Positions 13,004-27,400 of a stretch of DNA of 64,000 bases are shown in pieces. The position numbers and the translations under genes were made by a program. The stretch is from NCBI GenBank assembly GCA_043228905.1, contig JBHGNT010000016.1:4712001-4776000 (forward strand), read 5' to 3'. The notes below the pieces were generated by a model, which worked only from the letters and a program-made list of their open reading frames with translations, was not told where the DNA came from and did no database searches. Every line of letters starts with the position of its first letter. Positions within the stretch are counted from its first letter, which is position 1. This stretch comes from Azolla caroliniana (taxonomy: Eukaryota > Plantae > Polypodiophyta).

Positions 13004-13518
13004 GTAATTACGATAAGAGAGAGAGAGAGGGATGGGGGGGGGGGGGAGGGAGAGAATGAGATACAAGAATAGCTAGAAGGCATAAGACTAGCGTTGGACC
13101 GAATTGGTTCTTAATAATGCCATGTGCCTCTATTTATAGTACTGTCAGGGGTACTCTTTAAGTTTCTAGAATGTTCTACTAGAGTAATTTGGATTATACA
13201 TGAATTTCCCACAGTGAAATAATAAATGAAAATAATATCTTTTATATTACAAGGCATGGTTTAATGGTAAGGGTTTAACCCTCTTAACACAAGGTCATGG
13301 GTTCAATTCCATTTGGAGCCATATCATGACACTATCCCCCCATTTAAACGACGAGTGTTACGAGTCTTCTTTGATTGGAGGCCTGGTTTGTCTGGATATT
13401 GACGATGGAAAGTCTTCAAGAAGAGCTTGAGCATTCACCAAATTCGTCATTGGTTCCCAAGTATGCTCGCTTGGACTATATCCTAGCCAATCAACTAAAT
13501 ATAGAGCTTGTTGCAAAC

Positions 13519-15980
13519 TGTTGAGATATCAAGCTCAACTTAGTTTAGTTAGTTAGTCAACACACGTAACTTAGTAGTTACCTAGATAGAATCTAGTTAG
13601 TGTGTGGACCTTAAAGCCTTTTGTACTTGAGTGGGATACAAGTGGGATACATTGTAGATCCTCCACTCACATGTTCATTTAATATAGGACTTACACAGTT
13701 GTACCTATATTCTACTCACACATGTGCACCTTTGTACATGAGATGTATATATACCTCATTGTGGGTATTTTTGTATTTGATCATTCTTTTTAATATAGTT
13801 GATCATCGCCCATCTTGTCTCGTTGTTTATAGTACTAACTTCCTCTCTCTCTTCCTCTCACACACACACACACACATATAACTTAATCTTCTGTTTAGCT
13901 TAATCACATAATTAGGTACTAATGAACTCGTAGTTAATTGCCTAATTCTTAACATGGTATCAAAGCATGTGGTTTAGAAAATCCAGTAAGCCCACCCGAC
14001 TCCGTGATTGTGTGTTCAAGACGCTGGCGACAAAATCCGGTTATCAGCTACCGTAGTGCCGCTACGTAGTACGTGTACATGACCGAAGGAAGAAAAACGA
14101 AAAAGGAAGACACTACATCAACATGAACACACAAATGGGTAGCTCGCTTCCTAGTGAAAAGCTAGACCGGAGCAATTATTCATCTTGGGAGTACAAGATG
14201 AACCAATACCTTGTCGGCCAAGGGTATTGGAGCTACATCACCGGTGCACTCGAAAACAAACCCGACATCACAAACACAAACTACCCAACATGGGAGCAAG
14301 GAGAAAGACGTGTAATGTATTGCTTGGCAACATGTGTCCACGACCACATGATTAGCCACATTCGAGATGCCAAGACGCCTAAAGAGGCGTGGGAGAACTT
14401 AAAGAAATTTTTCGCCGCCAACACGACTGCCCGAAAGCTTCAACTCTGACAAGAGTTGAACAACATTAGGCAAAAAGATATGTTTGTGTCGGACTACACC
14501 GCCAAAATCAAGAGCATTTGCGACTTGCTTGGCTCCATCAACATAAATGTCGACAAAGACGAGATGGTTCAAGTATGCTTGGGTGGCCTCGCACAACGAT
14601 TTGACTCGTTGAGAACGGAAATCTTGGCGAGAGAAAACCCTCCTTCGTTCTTCGACATCCAATGTTATTGGTCGAAGAGAACCATGTCTGAACCAAGACC
14701 AAGATGTCGAAAGGACATATGTTCTTCTCGAATTCGGATGGTGGCCGAGGACGAGGTCGAGGCAGTAGAAGAGGTCGATTTGACCCATCACACGAAGGGA
14801 ACTCAAACCTTTGACAACAAGACGGAAGCCATCGACGAACCTTCGGAAGAAGGGGGAGCTTCCATGCCGAACAAGGTCGGCAAACGTGGCCCACTCACTA
14901 CTTGCAACTATTGCGGCAAAATCGGCCACTGCAAAGAGGAGTGCCGAAAAAAGATAAGTAAGTTGGCTTCGACAAGCCGACAACTCACAAATTATGCCAC
15001 TAACTCCGAATACAACAACTATGGTGGGCTATTCGTAATGAGACATAGAGCGAACTCTATGTCGGTCTCCGACTCATAAGCACCTCCAACTCGGAAGACA
15101 TGTGGTTCGTCGATTCCGGTGCCTCACATCTTATGACGTCACACCAAGGGTGGTTTCGTGATTTACAAACGCCGGATCGATCTGGCTTCATAGAGACGGG
15201 AGACGACACCAACATCCCATTTGACACATCGGCAATGTACCATTCGGGAAAGAAGGCGAGCAAACTTGCATCAAGAATGTCTTGTACGTACCCACAATAA
15301 CAAAGAATTTGGTCTCGGTAGGCCAAATCGTGGAGCAAGGCATGCAAGTCCGCTTCAACAACGAAGGTTGTTTCATCGAGAAAGATGGTCGACTCATAGC
15401 AAAGGGACGGAGAGACGGTCGCATGTTCCTTGATTCGAACGAGGTGAAATCGGCCATGTATGCCAAAGGTCTCAAAACCGAGACGAGCATCGAGTTGTGG
15501 CACAAGAGAATCAGCCACATCAATCTCCAATGGCTCCGAGCTATGCAAACAAAGGTAGTCGTCATCGGACTTCCGACATTCGAATCGAAAAGAGTCGATG
15601 AGTGTGCGAAGCATGTCAATTCGGCAAACAACATCGACTCCCATTCCCAAAGGAGAGCTACACAAGCATATGCCTCCTCAACGTCATACACTCGGATGTA
15701 TGGGGATGGTCCCAAACGCCGACTATCAACGGATGTTGATACTACGTCACCTTCATCAACGACAACTCATGCTACACGTCGATCTTCCCAATGAAGAAGA
15801 AGAGCGAAGTGTTCTCCCACTTCCAAAAGCTCAAGGGGCAAGTCGAAAAAGAAACAGGTCGGTACATTCAATGCCTACAATCAAATGTAGGCAAGGAGTA
15901 CTTCTCCGATGAATTCATCTCCTACCTCCAATGTGAAGGCATTCGGAGAGAATTCTCGTGCCGACACACACCCCAACTCC
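13519..15980 (+). mobile_element. Ty1/copia element C, 5' half only (LTR 13519-13954, PBS, gag, PR, partial IN)
   Basis: TGTTGAG...TTAACA followed by TGGTATCAAAGC; gag MGSSLPSEKLDRSNYSSWEYKM; CNYCGKIGHCKEEC; WFVDSGAS; breaks off at integrase CRHTPQ. Confidence 0.88.
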
Positions 15981-18462
15981 ATTGATAATCCAGTTTGTCA
16001 CACGGTCGAATAGTCTTGATGTGTCGTCGTAATAGCCATACTCGATCTCCAATATCAAAAGAGAATGGAAGCCGATGACGATCCGCATAGTCCTTCTATG
16101 TTTGTTGGGCATGATGTAGATGGATAGATAGTTCTGCCTAAATTTGTCGTAGCTGCTCCAAATGATCCTCTACACTAGGATTTGTGGGTAACTCAAGAGT
16201 TTCTAACACATGCTGGCAAGGATGATAGCCGGTATAAGCGTAGAATGGTGTAACCCTAGTAGAGGAGTCAAATTCAGCAAATTGTAGAATATCTACCCAA
16301 TAATCTTGTTGATAGCTTAGGAAACATCAAAGATATTATTCCATCGTTTGATTGGTGCGTTCTGCTTGTCCATCTGTTTGGGGATGATAGCCAGAGGAGA
16401 GATTGCAAGTGACCTTGAGCATTTTGAAGGATGATGTCTAGACATCTTCACTCTGCAACATGTATCACATGTCCGAACATAGTCTTCGACAAATTTTCGC
16501 ATATGGGGCCACCAAAATTATCATTTTATTAGTTAACTTTCTTAGCCAACTATGACTTTGAAATTGTCTTTTGACCAACGGCCAAAACATGAAGGTTGAT
16601 GCTCTTTCACGGCGCTCAAATTTTGAGTTGCACACAAGGGATGATGCCTATGCTCAACAATCCCAATGTTTGTTAAAACCAAATCAATTCTAGCTCTTCG
16701 CAACATGCATGCAACATGGCGACTCTTTACTTGAGGAGATAGCCAATGCACTTCCCACTGACAAATTCACCAATGCAATTAAGGTCTTACTGATCCATCT
16801 AAACCAAAAAACAAGGAAGACCTTGATCGCTTCAGATTTGATGGGGACTGCTTTACCGAGACCATCTCTTATATGTTTCGGAAAGCCGGTCTCGAACTCG
16901 AGTTCTCCAAAAGTGTCATGACGACCCATTGGTTGGCCATTTTGGAGTTACAAAGACAATGGAATTAATCTCGCGATGATATTGGTGGCCTCAACCGTGG
17001 AAGTTCTTTAAGGAATTCATCAACACATGCGATACTTGTGCTCGATCCAAAGTTGTCCACCACAGGCCATACGGTTTGCTCCAACCACTTCCTATTCCCA
17101 ACCGGCCTTCGGCATCTATTTCCATGGATTTCATCATTGACTTGCCTCTAGTCCATGGATATGACGCATTGCTTGTCATGGTAGATCGGTTCACAAAAAT
17201 GGCTCATTTTGCCCCCTGTGCAAAGACTATTTCAGTAGAAGCAACAACCGATCTATTTTTAAAGAATGTGGTGCGGCTTCATGGGGTATTGGACGATGTC
17301 AACTCAGATCGTGAACCCCAATTTGTCTCTCTTTTTTTACGACAACTCCTTCAGACACTAGGCACAATAGTGAATATGTCAGTCTCGTCTTATCATCCTC
17401 AAACCGATGGGCAAACTGAGCGGGTGAACCAAATTCTTGAGCAATACCTTTGATGCTCACTTAGCTACCAGCAAGATGATTGGATTGAACTCCCACCCCT
17501 AGCAGAGTTCACATATAATAATACGCTAGATGGTTCAATTGGGGTCACCCCATTTTTCGCCAACTATGGTTTCCATCCTCACTTCAATATCTCCATCCTT
17601 GGTAACTCTGTCAACCCTGCAACAGAAGCACATGCTCGTATTTTAGTAGACATTTGTCAAGACCTCTCCCTCGAGCTCATCCTTGCAAGGGACCATTACA
17701 AAGCGCACATTGATACATCGCTCAACCACACCCACCTTTGCAGTTGGTGATCAAGCCTAGCTCTTACGTCACCATGTTGACACTACTCGATCTTGCGGAA
17801 AGTTGGACTACAAGAAGTAGGGCCCTTTCCGCATCATTGAGCATATCATCCCCATCACTTTTCGGTCATCATCCATCCATTATTCCTGGAAGACACTCTC
17901 CACCTCCACCTCCAATTGAGCTTTCCACAGGTGAGGAGTATGAGGTTGACAAGATTCTAGACTCTCATTGGCATCAACGACAACTTCAATACCTGATCCT
18001 ATGGAAAGGGTATCCCATTTCCAAGGCAACTTGGGAACTAGCCCAACACTTGGAGAATGCATCGGATGTTGTTCATGCATTTCATCACCAATATCCACAA
18101 AAATTGGGGAGAGGGCATAAGAGGCGACCTTAGCGGGAGGATAGTGCATAGACATGACAACAATCATGTCATGATTCGAACTCTTGATTTATTGTATTAT
18201 AATTTATATGTTTTAGCCAACACATCCAATGCATGGTCATGTTACCTTAGATCATTAGTAGATTATCTATTCTACATGCTAGGATATTTTAGAAGCTTCC
18301 AGAACACTCCAGAAGCTTGTGCATGAAAATGAGTCTCTAGATGGAGCTACATTTAGAGCCCACAAACATGTATAAATACAGGGGTTCACCTTGACCCTAG
18401 TCAAGGTGAACAACGCCAGTTACGGAATCCAATATTTTGCTTATCTATCTCTTGCTTCCTTG

Positions 18463-18516
<54 letters not shown>

Positions 18517-20926
18517 AACGCAAGGTATATTTTGAAGCCTTGAATCAAGTGAAAGGTACATTCTCTCTCCCTCCCTCTTTATCTCTCTCTTCCCGTAGGG
18601 TTTGTCCCTACAATGGCAAACACTCGTAAAGCCGCCGCAAAGTTCGGGGGTCTGATTGATAATGAGCCGAGATCACCAACAAATCTCGACTCCAATGCAA
18701 TGGACAAAATGCTTATGAGTCATTTGATTTCTCTTCAAGAAACCATAAACAAGCAAGGTGAAGAGATTAGGACGTTAATGAAAGAGAATGCTAAGCTCCA
18801 AATTATTGACATTGAGAATGAAGGTCTTAAGCAAGTGGATCATACTCGAAAATAGTTGGGTATACCTCAAAGGTATGCAATGCTTTGTGAATGAAGATCG
18901 TACTATCTCACAAAAAAATGCTCATCGTAAAGCATATGAAGAACGATTGAAAAATAAGGTTAAGGATGTGCATGAAGATGGAAATGTAGGCAAATAGGGA
19001 CACATGACCTATGAGACTAACCCATGCCTTCTACAACTATGCTTTTGGAATTGCAATGGATACCCATGGAATGCGGGATTTGGCATATAGGAGTTCACCA
19101 AATATCACTCTTCTTGTTGAAACATGCGAGTATGATAGTCAACGGATTCAAGGTTTAGGAAACTATAATGTACACTCTTTGATATGGAAGAAAAATCCAA
19201 GACAAAGAAGAGGCCAAGGAGGGTTGGCATGTTTGATTAAGAAGGAATAGAGAAATATGTGTCAATCGTAAAAAATGATGAACATAAATGCTACATATGG
19301 CTCAAAATAGAATGTTCACCCAACTATTTGCCCACTTTTGTAGTTGGATGTTACATTCCTCATCAAGATTCTAACTTTTATGCTTGTTTGGATAAAGATC
19401 AACCTTTTGCCAATCTAGAAGATGATATTGCTTATTTCAAATCCAAAGGGGAAGTTATTGTCTTTGGTGAAATGAATGCTCGTACAAGAAGTTTCCAACT
19501 TGATTCACAAGAATCTTTCATGCCACATATCTGAAGGATGCAAGAGGATATGCAAATGTATAGCCACTCTTCTAGCGATGAAAACGATCCGGACCAATTT
19601 GGGAAGTTACTCCTACAAATGTGCAATAGTACCGGATTGCTTATTGTAAATGGTATTTCCTTATGGCCCAACACTAATGGTTTTACATGTAGAAAACACA
19701 ACGAAAATAGTGTGATTGACTATGTGCTACTTTTCGAAGGTATTTTGGACTGTATACATAAATTCTCACTTGGTGAATGGACACCGGAATCCGATCATAT
19801 GCCTTTATGTATTGATCTCAAATGTATGCATAGGTTTGATTGTGAGAAGGCTATTGAAGATAATTAACAACCACACTTGAGCATGAACCTTAAGCGAGCG
19901 CCCATGTATTCCAAGATGGTTGAGGATATGTTACAAGTGACAAAGATACAACACGGTGCCACACTAGAATGCAAATGGGGAGCTTTCAAGAAAGTCATTC
20001 TCTCCCATACAAACAAATGTTTTTCGACCAACTGCACATCTTGGAAATGCACCAAGAAACTTAGGAAAAATGGTTTGATAAAGAATGTCGTGAAGCTCAA
20101 AAGTGCCTTATGGTTTGGATGTAGTTAAGGATAAAGAGAAATACCGAAAGCATTTGCATGAGTATAAAAGGCTTATTCAAAGAAAGAGAAGAATATGGGA
20201 AGTTACTCAACAATTTATCCAAATGCAAGAGAAAGCACATGCATGTGCTAAATTTTGGGGAAATCTAAAGGGGAAACATGTTGAGAGCTATGGTGACTTA
20301 ACTCTTCACAACTTGTCTATGCATTGTAAGAATTTTCAATGTATAAAGGCTAAAATGCTCAAATGGACGGGAAAGGAAGCACATGTATGGATAAGCGATA
20401 TGTTTAATGATGCTTTGCAACATGGTATGTTGTACGATTGGACTACAAATTGGATCAAACCTTTACATAAAGTTGGAGATGTAAATAATGTAAACAACTA
20501 TCGAACCATCATGTTTGGCTCATTAATGGCAAAACTATTTGGATGTATAATGGAATCAAAGATAAGTGTATGGGTTGTAAAAAATGGTAAGAGAGCTTAT
20601 GGACAAGTACCATTGATCACCTTGTCACCCTTCGAGTATTAATGGAGGAAAGTCACCTTAGAGGTAAAGGTTTATATTGTTGCTTTGTAGACTTCAAGAA
20701 AGCTTTTGATATGGTACCTCGTGAGCATCTTTGGAGGTGAATGGAAGAACTTGAGGTGTCAAGTGAATATATGCTTGCAATTTCCCGAATTTATGAGAAG
20801 GTTATATGTTGTGTGCGTATGAGAGATAAACTTTCATATTTTTTCAAAAGCACTATTAGTGTTAAGCAAGGATGCCCACTCTCACCAACACTATTTGGTC
20901 TATGCATTGATGAATTGGAAGAAATG

Positions 20927-21450
20927 TGTCACAATACAATGACATAAAATTTATAGTTGGTGAGGATTGAACTTACAACCTCACATGAACAATACATCAT
21001 GCTCAACCATCTTCATATGAGCATTGTATAAGATATATTTGATCTACATATCATTGTATAAGATGTACATGATCTAGGTATACTCTCTAGACATCAACAA
21101 AGTTCTAGAAAGTTCCAAGGTTCTAGAAGGTTCTAGAATATTCTTCAAAATATTCTAATGCATGTACTTCAACTTACAGTATAAATACTTGTAACCTTCT
21201 TGGTCCCTTTCAAGGGATTCAACACCAGTCACTAACACATCAATCTAGTATTCTTGTTTAGCCCCATCTTCTCTCCTTGATTTACATCTCTATCTTTATG
21301 CTCTTGTATTGTTCCTAACGTCTTAAGTTCCTCATCTCGTTGCTCCCAACTTCCCGAGTTTCTAGCCTCATCACGTTGAGTTCCACGTTCGTAACCTTAT
21401 CGGTCGTAGCCTCGTCATTCGTGCTCCATCGTAGTGGTGTGTCCGTCACA
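20927..21450 (+). mobile_element. Solo LTR inserted in the LINE RT
   Basis: TGTCACA...GTCACA, 5-bp TSD AAATG, internal TATAAATA and CAACACCAGTC motif; the LINE reading frame continues across it. Confidence 0.88.
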
Positions 21451-24400
21451 AAATGGTTACCAAGTTTGCAAAGGAAGAATGTGTTGAAGAAGTTGGCATT
21501 GGGAATGTTGTGATTATGCTTTTGCTATATGCAAATTGTAAACGATTACTTGCGGAAGCATTAGAAAAACAGAGAAATTAGGGAATACACAAAGTACCCG
21601 GGAGAGACAGAGAGTGCAAAACGTAAAAGCTATATTCAAAAACGATATATGCCTCTGTCATTTACAATTGTGCTCAATAGCACTATTTATACAAGTCCTC
21701 ATGGGACTGACAGAAGTACCACGTACTTCAATGCTCACAGAGCTTCTGACACTTACTACAAGACTATAATTGCCTAGTAGTCTAAACTAATACTAGGCTT
21801 CCGGTTACCGATTGGACCCGGCTAACCGGCTCCCCAGCTCACCGGCTTTTTTGCTTGCTGGCTTACCGATCCGTCTCGCTTGCCGGCTAGGGCTTATTCA
21901 GCCGATCCGGCTCCATTTGAGCTTGCCGCTTCAACACTCCCCCTCAAGCTCAACTTGAGGTTGGATCCTAGTGTCAGTCTCTATGGCATTCGGTTCTTCC
22001 AACCGATTTCTCCTGGCGTCGCTCCGCCTTGCTCGCGCTCCTCATCCGGTCCGGTTTTGTTTGTCGCGACCCCTCTTGTTCTGCGCGCCTCGACCTTCTC
22101 GATCGGTATGTCTGGTCAATAGGCCCCTCTCAGCTCCTTCGCTGCTATGACTTCGGTGCTTATCGATCCATCGGTTCCTCCGCGATGGCATCGACTTCCG
22201 CTGCATCCGTGTCTGTTTGGCCTTGAATTGATCCGGTTCTTCCGAATCTATCTTTTGAACCGAATCGACTATCTCCGATTCGTTCCAGCTCTTGTCTGAA
22301 TTGGTTGCTCCCGATTCATCTTCTAGTTCCAAGCCCTTCACCACATCGGACCGTGTCCGGGTCTTGGCCTTCTTCCTTCGGTCGGCTCTGTCCTTCTTGA
22401 CTCTGCCGCCTTCTGTTCTTCCCTCACCAGCGCAATCGACAGTCTCTTTGCCTTTGCCCGTTCCGGTGTCTTTGCTCGTTCTCCCCCTCAAGTGTGGCAC
22501 GTCGAGATGCTGAACACCAAGCATTTCGGTGAAGTGCTGCAACTTGTCCGATCTGAGCGGCTTGGTGAAGATGTCAGCTACTTGCCGATCCGTGTGAACA
22601 TATTGTAGTTCAACTTCACCGCTCAGGACCCGCTCACGCATAAAGTGATAATGCACTTCTATGTGCTTCGTGCGAGCATGGAACACAGGGTTCTTGGCGA
22701 GTTGCATGCTGCTTATGTTGTCGCAGTAGACCAGAATCGGGGTCGGCACCTCGATCCGTAAGTCTTGCAGTTGTCGCCGAAGCCAGATGGCTTCACATGT
22801 GGCAATGGTAGCGCCCTGATACTCAGCCTCAGTGCTCGACAGAGCAACCGTTGGCTGCTTTTTGCTGCTCCATGCAACAGTCGTGCTACCTAAGGAAAAC
22901 ATGTAACCGGAGGTTGATCGGCGATCTGATGCATCGCCAGCCCAGTCGGCATCTGTATAAACGACCAGCTCTTCGGTTATACTTCGCCGGTATAACAGTC
23001 CCCGGTCCTTCGTGCCGTTGACATACCGCAATATCCTTTGCGCGCACTGAAGATGCTCCACCGTCGGCTTCTGCATGAACTGACTTATCATTCCGATCGG
23101 ATAGCTGATGTCGGGTCGTGTGATAGTCAAGTAAATAAGGCTTCTGACAATCTGTCAGAACCATTGCTCGTTGCAGGCCGGTCTGGAGTTGGGACGGAGC
23201 TTCTGGTTCCGGTCCAAGGGTGTGGAGACAGGTCGGCATTCTGTCATGCCGAACTTGTATAGCATATTCAAGACGTAATGTCGTTGTGAGAGCATTATGC
23301 CGTCCGGGGTTCGGATCACCTCGATCCCTAGAAAATAATGAAGGTCCCCCAGATCCTTCATCTCAAATGCGTCCGACAACTGGGACTTGACGTAGTTGAT
23401 TTGTGGAACTCCTAGTCCGGTGATGACTAGATCATCAACATACAGCAATATCCCTTCGCCACTAACCAAGCTTTATACCGTTTAACAGAACCGTCGGCGT
23501 TGTACTTTACCTTGTATATCCACTTGCATCCGATCGGTTTACAGTGACGAGGAGGGTCAACCAGGTCCCATGTCTTGTTGACATCAATTGCCCGCATTTC
23601 TTCTTCCATAGCGGCACGCCAATTTGCGTCCTTGGCCGCTTCTGCGTAGCTCTCCGGCTCACGCACTTCCGCCACCTTAGTCATGTACGCATAGTGATGC
23701 GTCATGTACTCATTGTACCCGTACTGCTTGACGGGATCCTTCTAGCGGGTGGACCGACGTAACTCATTGTTATCCGGTTTGAAGCCCTTCTTGGCTGGTT
23801 CGGTCTTCGTTGCCGAAGATCCGCCTTTCTCCTTGCTGGAGTCGGACGCACACTGATCCGACTCATCGTTGCCAGTTTCGAATTTCGGCATCTTCTTCTT
23901 CCCCTTCTCTTTGCGCGTGAACCATCGCCTTGGTTCCTTGCGCGGGGAGTGCACGGCAGAGTCTCCACTACTCGCGGGTTCCTCATCGGAGTGGTCAGAT
24001 TGACTCAGTCTCTCGTTTGGGCCGCTCAATCGGAACGATTCCGGACTCTCATCCTGAGTCCACACTCCATCATCCTCTACTTGGGCCGGTTCAGGCTCAC
24101 TAGCCTCATCCACCGGCACCAGGTCGGATTCGGAAGTCGGAGCCGGTAAGGAGTACCACGATGCCGATTCATCGAACTCGACATCTCGACTAACTCGGAC
24201 CTGCTTTGTCCGGGGGTTATAACACTTATAACCCTTCTGCTCTTGAGTATAGCCAATTAGGATGCATTTTTCCGATTTTGCATCCAGCTTCCTCCGCTTC
24301 TCTTCCGGTACATGCACATATGCAATGCTACCGAAGATCTTAAGGTGTCTCAAATTCGGCTTGCGCCCGAAATACAACTCGTGAGCTGACACCTTGTCAC

Positions 24401-27400
24401 CGATCCGGTTCTGGATGTAGACAGTTGTTCAGACTGCCTCAGCCCAGTAGAATTTGGGCATGCTCTTCTCCTCTAGCATTGCCCTTGCCGCATCAATAAG
24501 CGACCGGTTCTTCCTTTCGGCAACACCGTTCTGTTGCGGTGTGTATCTGAAGCTGAACTCTCGCCGAATTTCCCTTTTGCTGCAGATAACTGTTGAGTTG
24601 GCTGGAAAAGTACTCTTTTCCGCCATCCGACTGCAGGCATTTGATCTTCCTCTCTGATTCCCGTTCCACCATGCTTTGGAGACTCCAGAAACACTCAAAG
24701 ACTTCACTCTTCCGCTCAATGAGGTAGATCCATGTATGCAGCGTATAGTCGTCGATGAAGGAGACGAAATATAAACTCCCGTCAAGACTAACATTCTGTG
24801 CCGATCCCCACACATCCGAATGGATAAGGTTGAGCTTGTTACGGCTCCGGTTACGTTCGGTGGGGAATGGAAGCCGGTGTTGCTTCTTGAGTTGGCAGGC
24901 TTCACATACTTGGGCCTTCCGGCCGCTAAACTTCGGCAAACCGAAAACAACTTGTTTCGTTTGCAGGTCTTGAAGCCTCCGGTAATTGACGTGGCCTATC
25001 CGCTTGTGCCACAGGTCAATGTCCGATTCGACCTTCTGTCCTTTTGCAAACAGAGCAGTGCTGACGTCATTGGTGTCGAGGATAAACATCCTCCCGTCTC
25101 TGCGCCCTTGCACAATAATCTGGCCCTCTTCCTCGATGAAGCACCCGAGGTGCGTAAACTGCACCTGCATCCCTTGGTCGACGATCTGTCCGACCGACAC
25201 CAGGTTCTTCGTGATTGTTGGAACGCGTAATACATTCATCAGCTTCCCCTTCTGTCCGATGTGGCTCAAAGGGACTTCTCCGACGTGCACAATTGGGTGA
25301 GTGTTGTCTCCGGTTTCGACTACTCCTGATTGATTCGGTTTCTCCAAAAAGGAGAACCACTCTTTGTGGTTCGTCATGTGGTTCGACTCACCGGAATCAA
25401 CCTCCGATTTGGAAGTGGTCTTCTTCATCGAGTTCGCCTCGTGCTTCATCACCAAGGCTAGCTCGTTACCGTTCTTGGATCCTCCCGATCCCTTCGCGTA
25501 GTGCGACCTTTGCCGGCCATCCTTGTCGGCCTTGCCGGATCCGGATTTGTCCAAATTGGCGCATTTTCTCCAGCACTCACTATCTCTGTTGCCCTTTTTG
25601 CCACAGTACCAGCATTCCGTTGCAGTCTTCTCTTGCCATCTTCAGGTGCCGCCATGACTCCCCCTGCTCTCAGAGGGTCTGGAACTGATGTCAGCACGTT
25701 CTCTGTGCCTTTGTTCCTGGTCTTGTTGGCCGCCTCCATTGCGTGCCGACCCGCCTCGTCCACCACGCCCACGGGACCGATCCACTTCCATGTACAGCAT
25801 CCGGCTGTCAATGGGTGCGCTAGTTGACGCACCAGCATGGTTCTCCTCTACAAGGAGCATCGACTATAAGTCGAAAAATGATGGTGTATTCTCCCTTGTA
25901 CACACCGTCGTTCTGAACGTTCTGAACTTCGACACCAGGCCCCCAAGACAGACCTGTACCATCTCGTCTTCCTCTACAATAACGTTGATAGAGGCAAGCG
26001 AGTCACAGATCTCTTTGATCCGGGCCGTGTAATCCACCACCGACATGTCCTTCTGTCGGACATTGCTCAACTCCTGTCGGAGTTGCAGCTTCCGGGATGT
26101 TGTGCTCGCGGCGAACACCTTCTTTAGGTTCCCCCAAGACTCCTTCAGCGTCTTGGCGTCTCGGATGTGGCTCAGTAGCTGGTCTCCGACACTGGACGCG
26201 AAGCAGTACATCACTCTGCTTGCCGATTGTTCCCACATTGGGAAGTCCTTATGTGCCGCATCAGGTGCTGTTTCGTTGGCTCCTTCGACGAAACTCCAGT
26301 AGCCATGCCCAAGCAAGTACTGGTGCATCTTATACAACCAAGATGCATAGTTGGATTTGTCGAGTTTCTCCATAGGGAGCAAGCTAGTCATCCCTCTATC
26401 CATCACTTCTCTGTCTATTGTTTTACGACCTGTTAGGGTTTGCTGTCAAGCGTTTGTCGGTTGTAGAGGAGGTTCTCAACCCTCGCGCTCTGATACCATG
26501 TAAACGATTACTTGCGGAAGCGTTAGAAAAACAGAGAAATTAGGGAATACACAGAGTACCCGAGAGAGACAGAGAGAGTAGAACGTAAAAGCTATATTCA
26601 AAAACGATATATGCCTCTGTCATTTACAATTGTGCTCAGTAGCACTATTTATACAAGTCCTCATGGGATTGACAGAAGTACCACGTACTTCAATGCTCAC
26701 ACGAGCTTCTGACACTTACTACGAGACTATAATTGCCTAGTAGTCTAAACTAATATTAGGCTTCTAGTGTCGCATTACTACGCGCGTGCGTGGAGAAACG
26801 AGGCGGGACCACCGGGGTCTTGAACCAAAGAGCAGGTGATAGAAGGGGAAAGAGAAAGAGAGAGACGCTCGGTTACGTATGAGCAAAGAAACACAGGGAC
26901 ACGGCCCTGTCAACACAGAAGACACGAATGAACACAAAGACAGAGAGACACGAATGTTTGTATATTAATGAATGACAAATAAACAACAGAGCACGCGAGC
27001 GGTTACAACCGAACAGGCCGGTGAACAGATGTCGATGCCTGCTCTTCTGCGCACGAAAGGGGATAGGATGGAGGTGCTGCCAGAAGCACACGGGCATTCC
27101 TCGAAGCAGCGCGAGCCTCCCGAAAACCTACAGAGAAGAGCAATGGAGAACGAACAGAGGAGAAGCGTTCGGTTACCGTCCGACAGCACTTCGTCCTCCT
27201 CAATAAATAGTGCCCCCCTTCTCCCCGCGTCTCCCTCTCTTTTATAGCTTCAAGAAGGGAGTCGTTTCCCTCATTAACTTCCTACCTACCGAATCTAACT
27301 ACCTAGGATATACCTTTGTACCTAATTCTCTATTATATACATTAAAGGGTGTGCACGCGTGAAGAGCCGGTTCACACGCGCTATGCACTGATTACGCTAA

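Larger units (their letters stand above)
2640..16535 (-). mobile_element. Truncated Ty3/gypsy chromovirus: 3' LTR 2640-13331 (split by copia A), PPT, chromodomain ~13345-13518, integrase remnant ~15980-16535
   Basis: Minus-strand LTR TGTCATG(13331)...CCTGACA(2640); PPT GGGGGATAG at 13332-13341; chromodomain YLVDWLGYSPSEHTWEP; FDIGDRVWLLRRHIKTIRPCDKLDY and YVRTCDTCCRVK further right. Confidence 0.8.

Noticed and set aside
13254-13322. Functional tRNA gene
   Set aside because: The stems do not close into a proper cloverleaf; reported only as a tRNA-like LTR module.
26873-27247. ORFs duplicated at 26.9-27.2 kb and 33.3-33.6 kb
   Set aside because: They lie within the two LTRs of gypsy E; the duplication is explained by the LTRs and no protein motif is evident.
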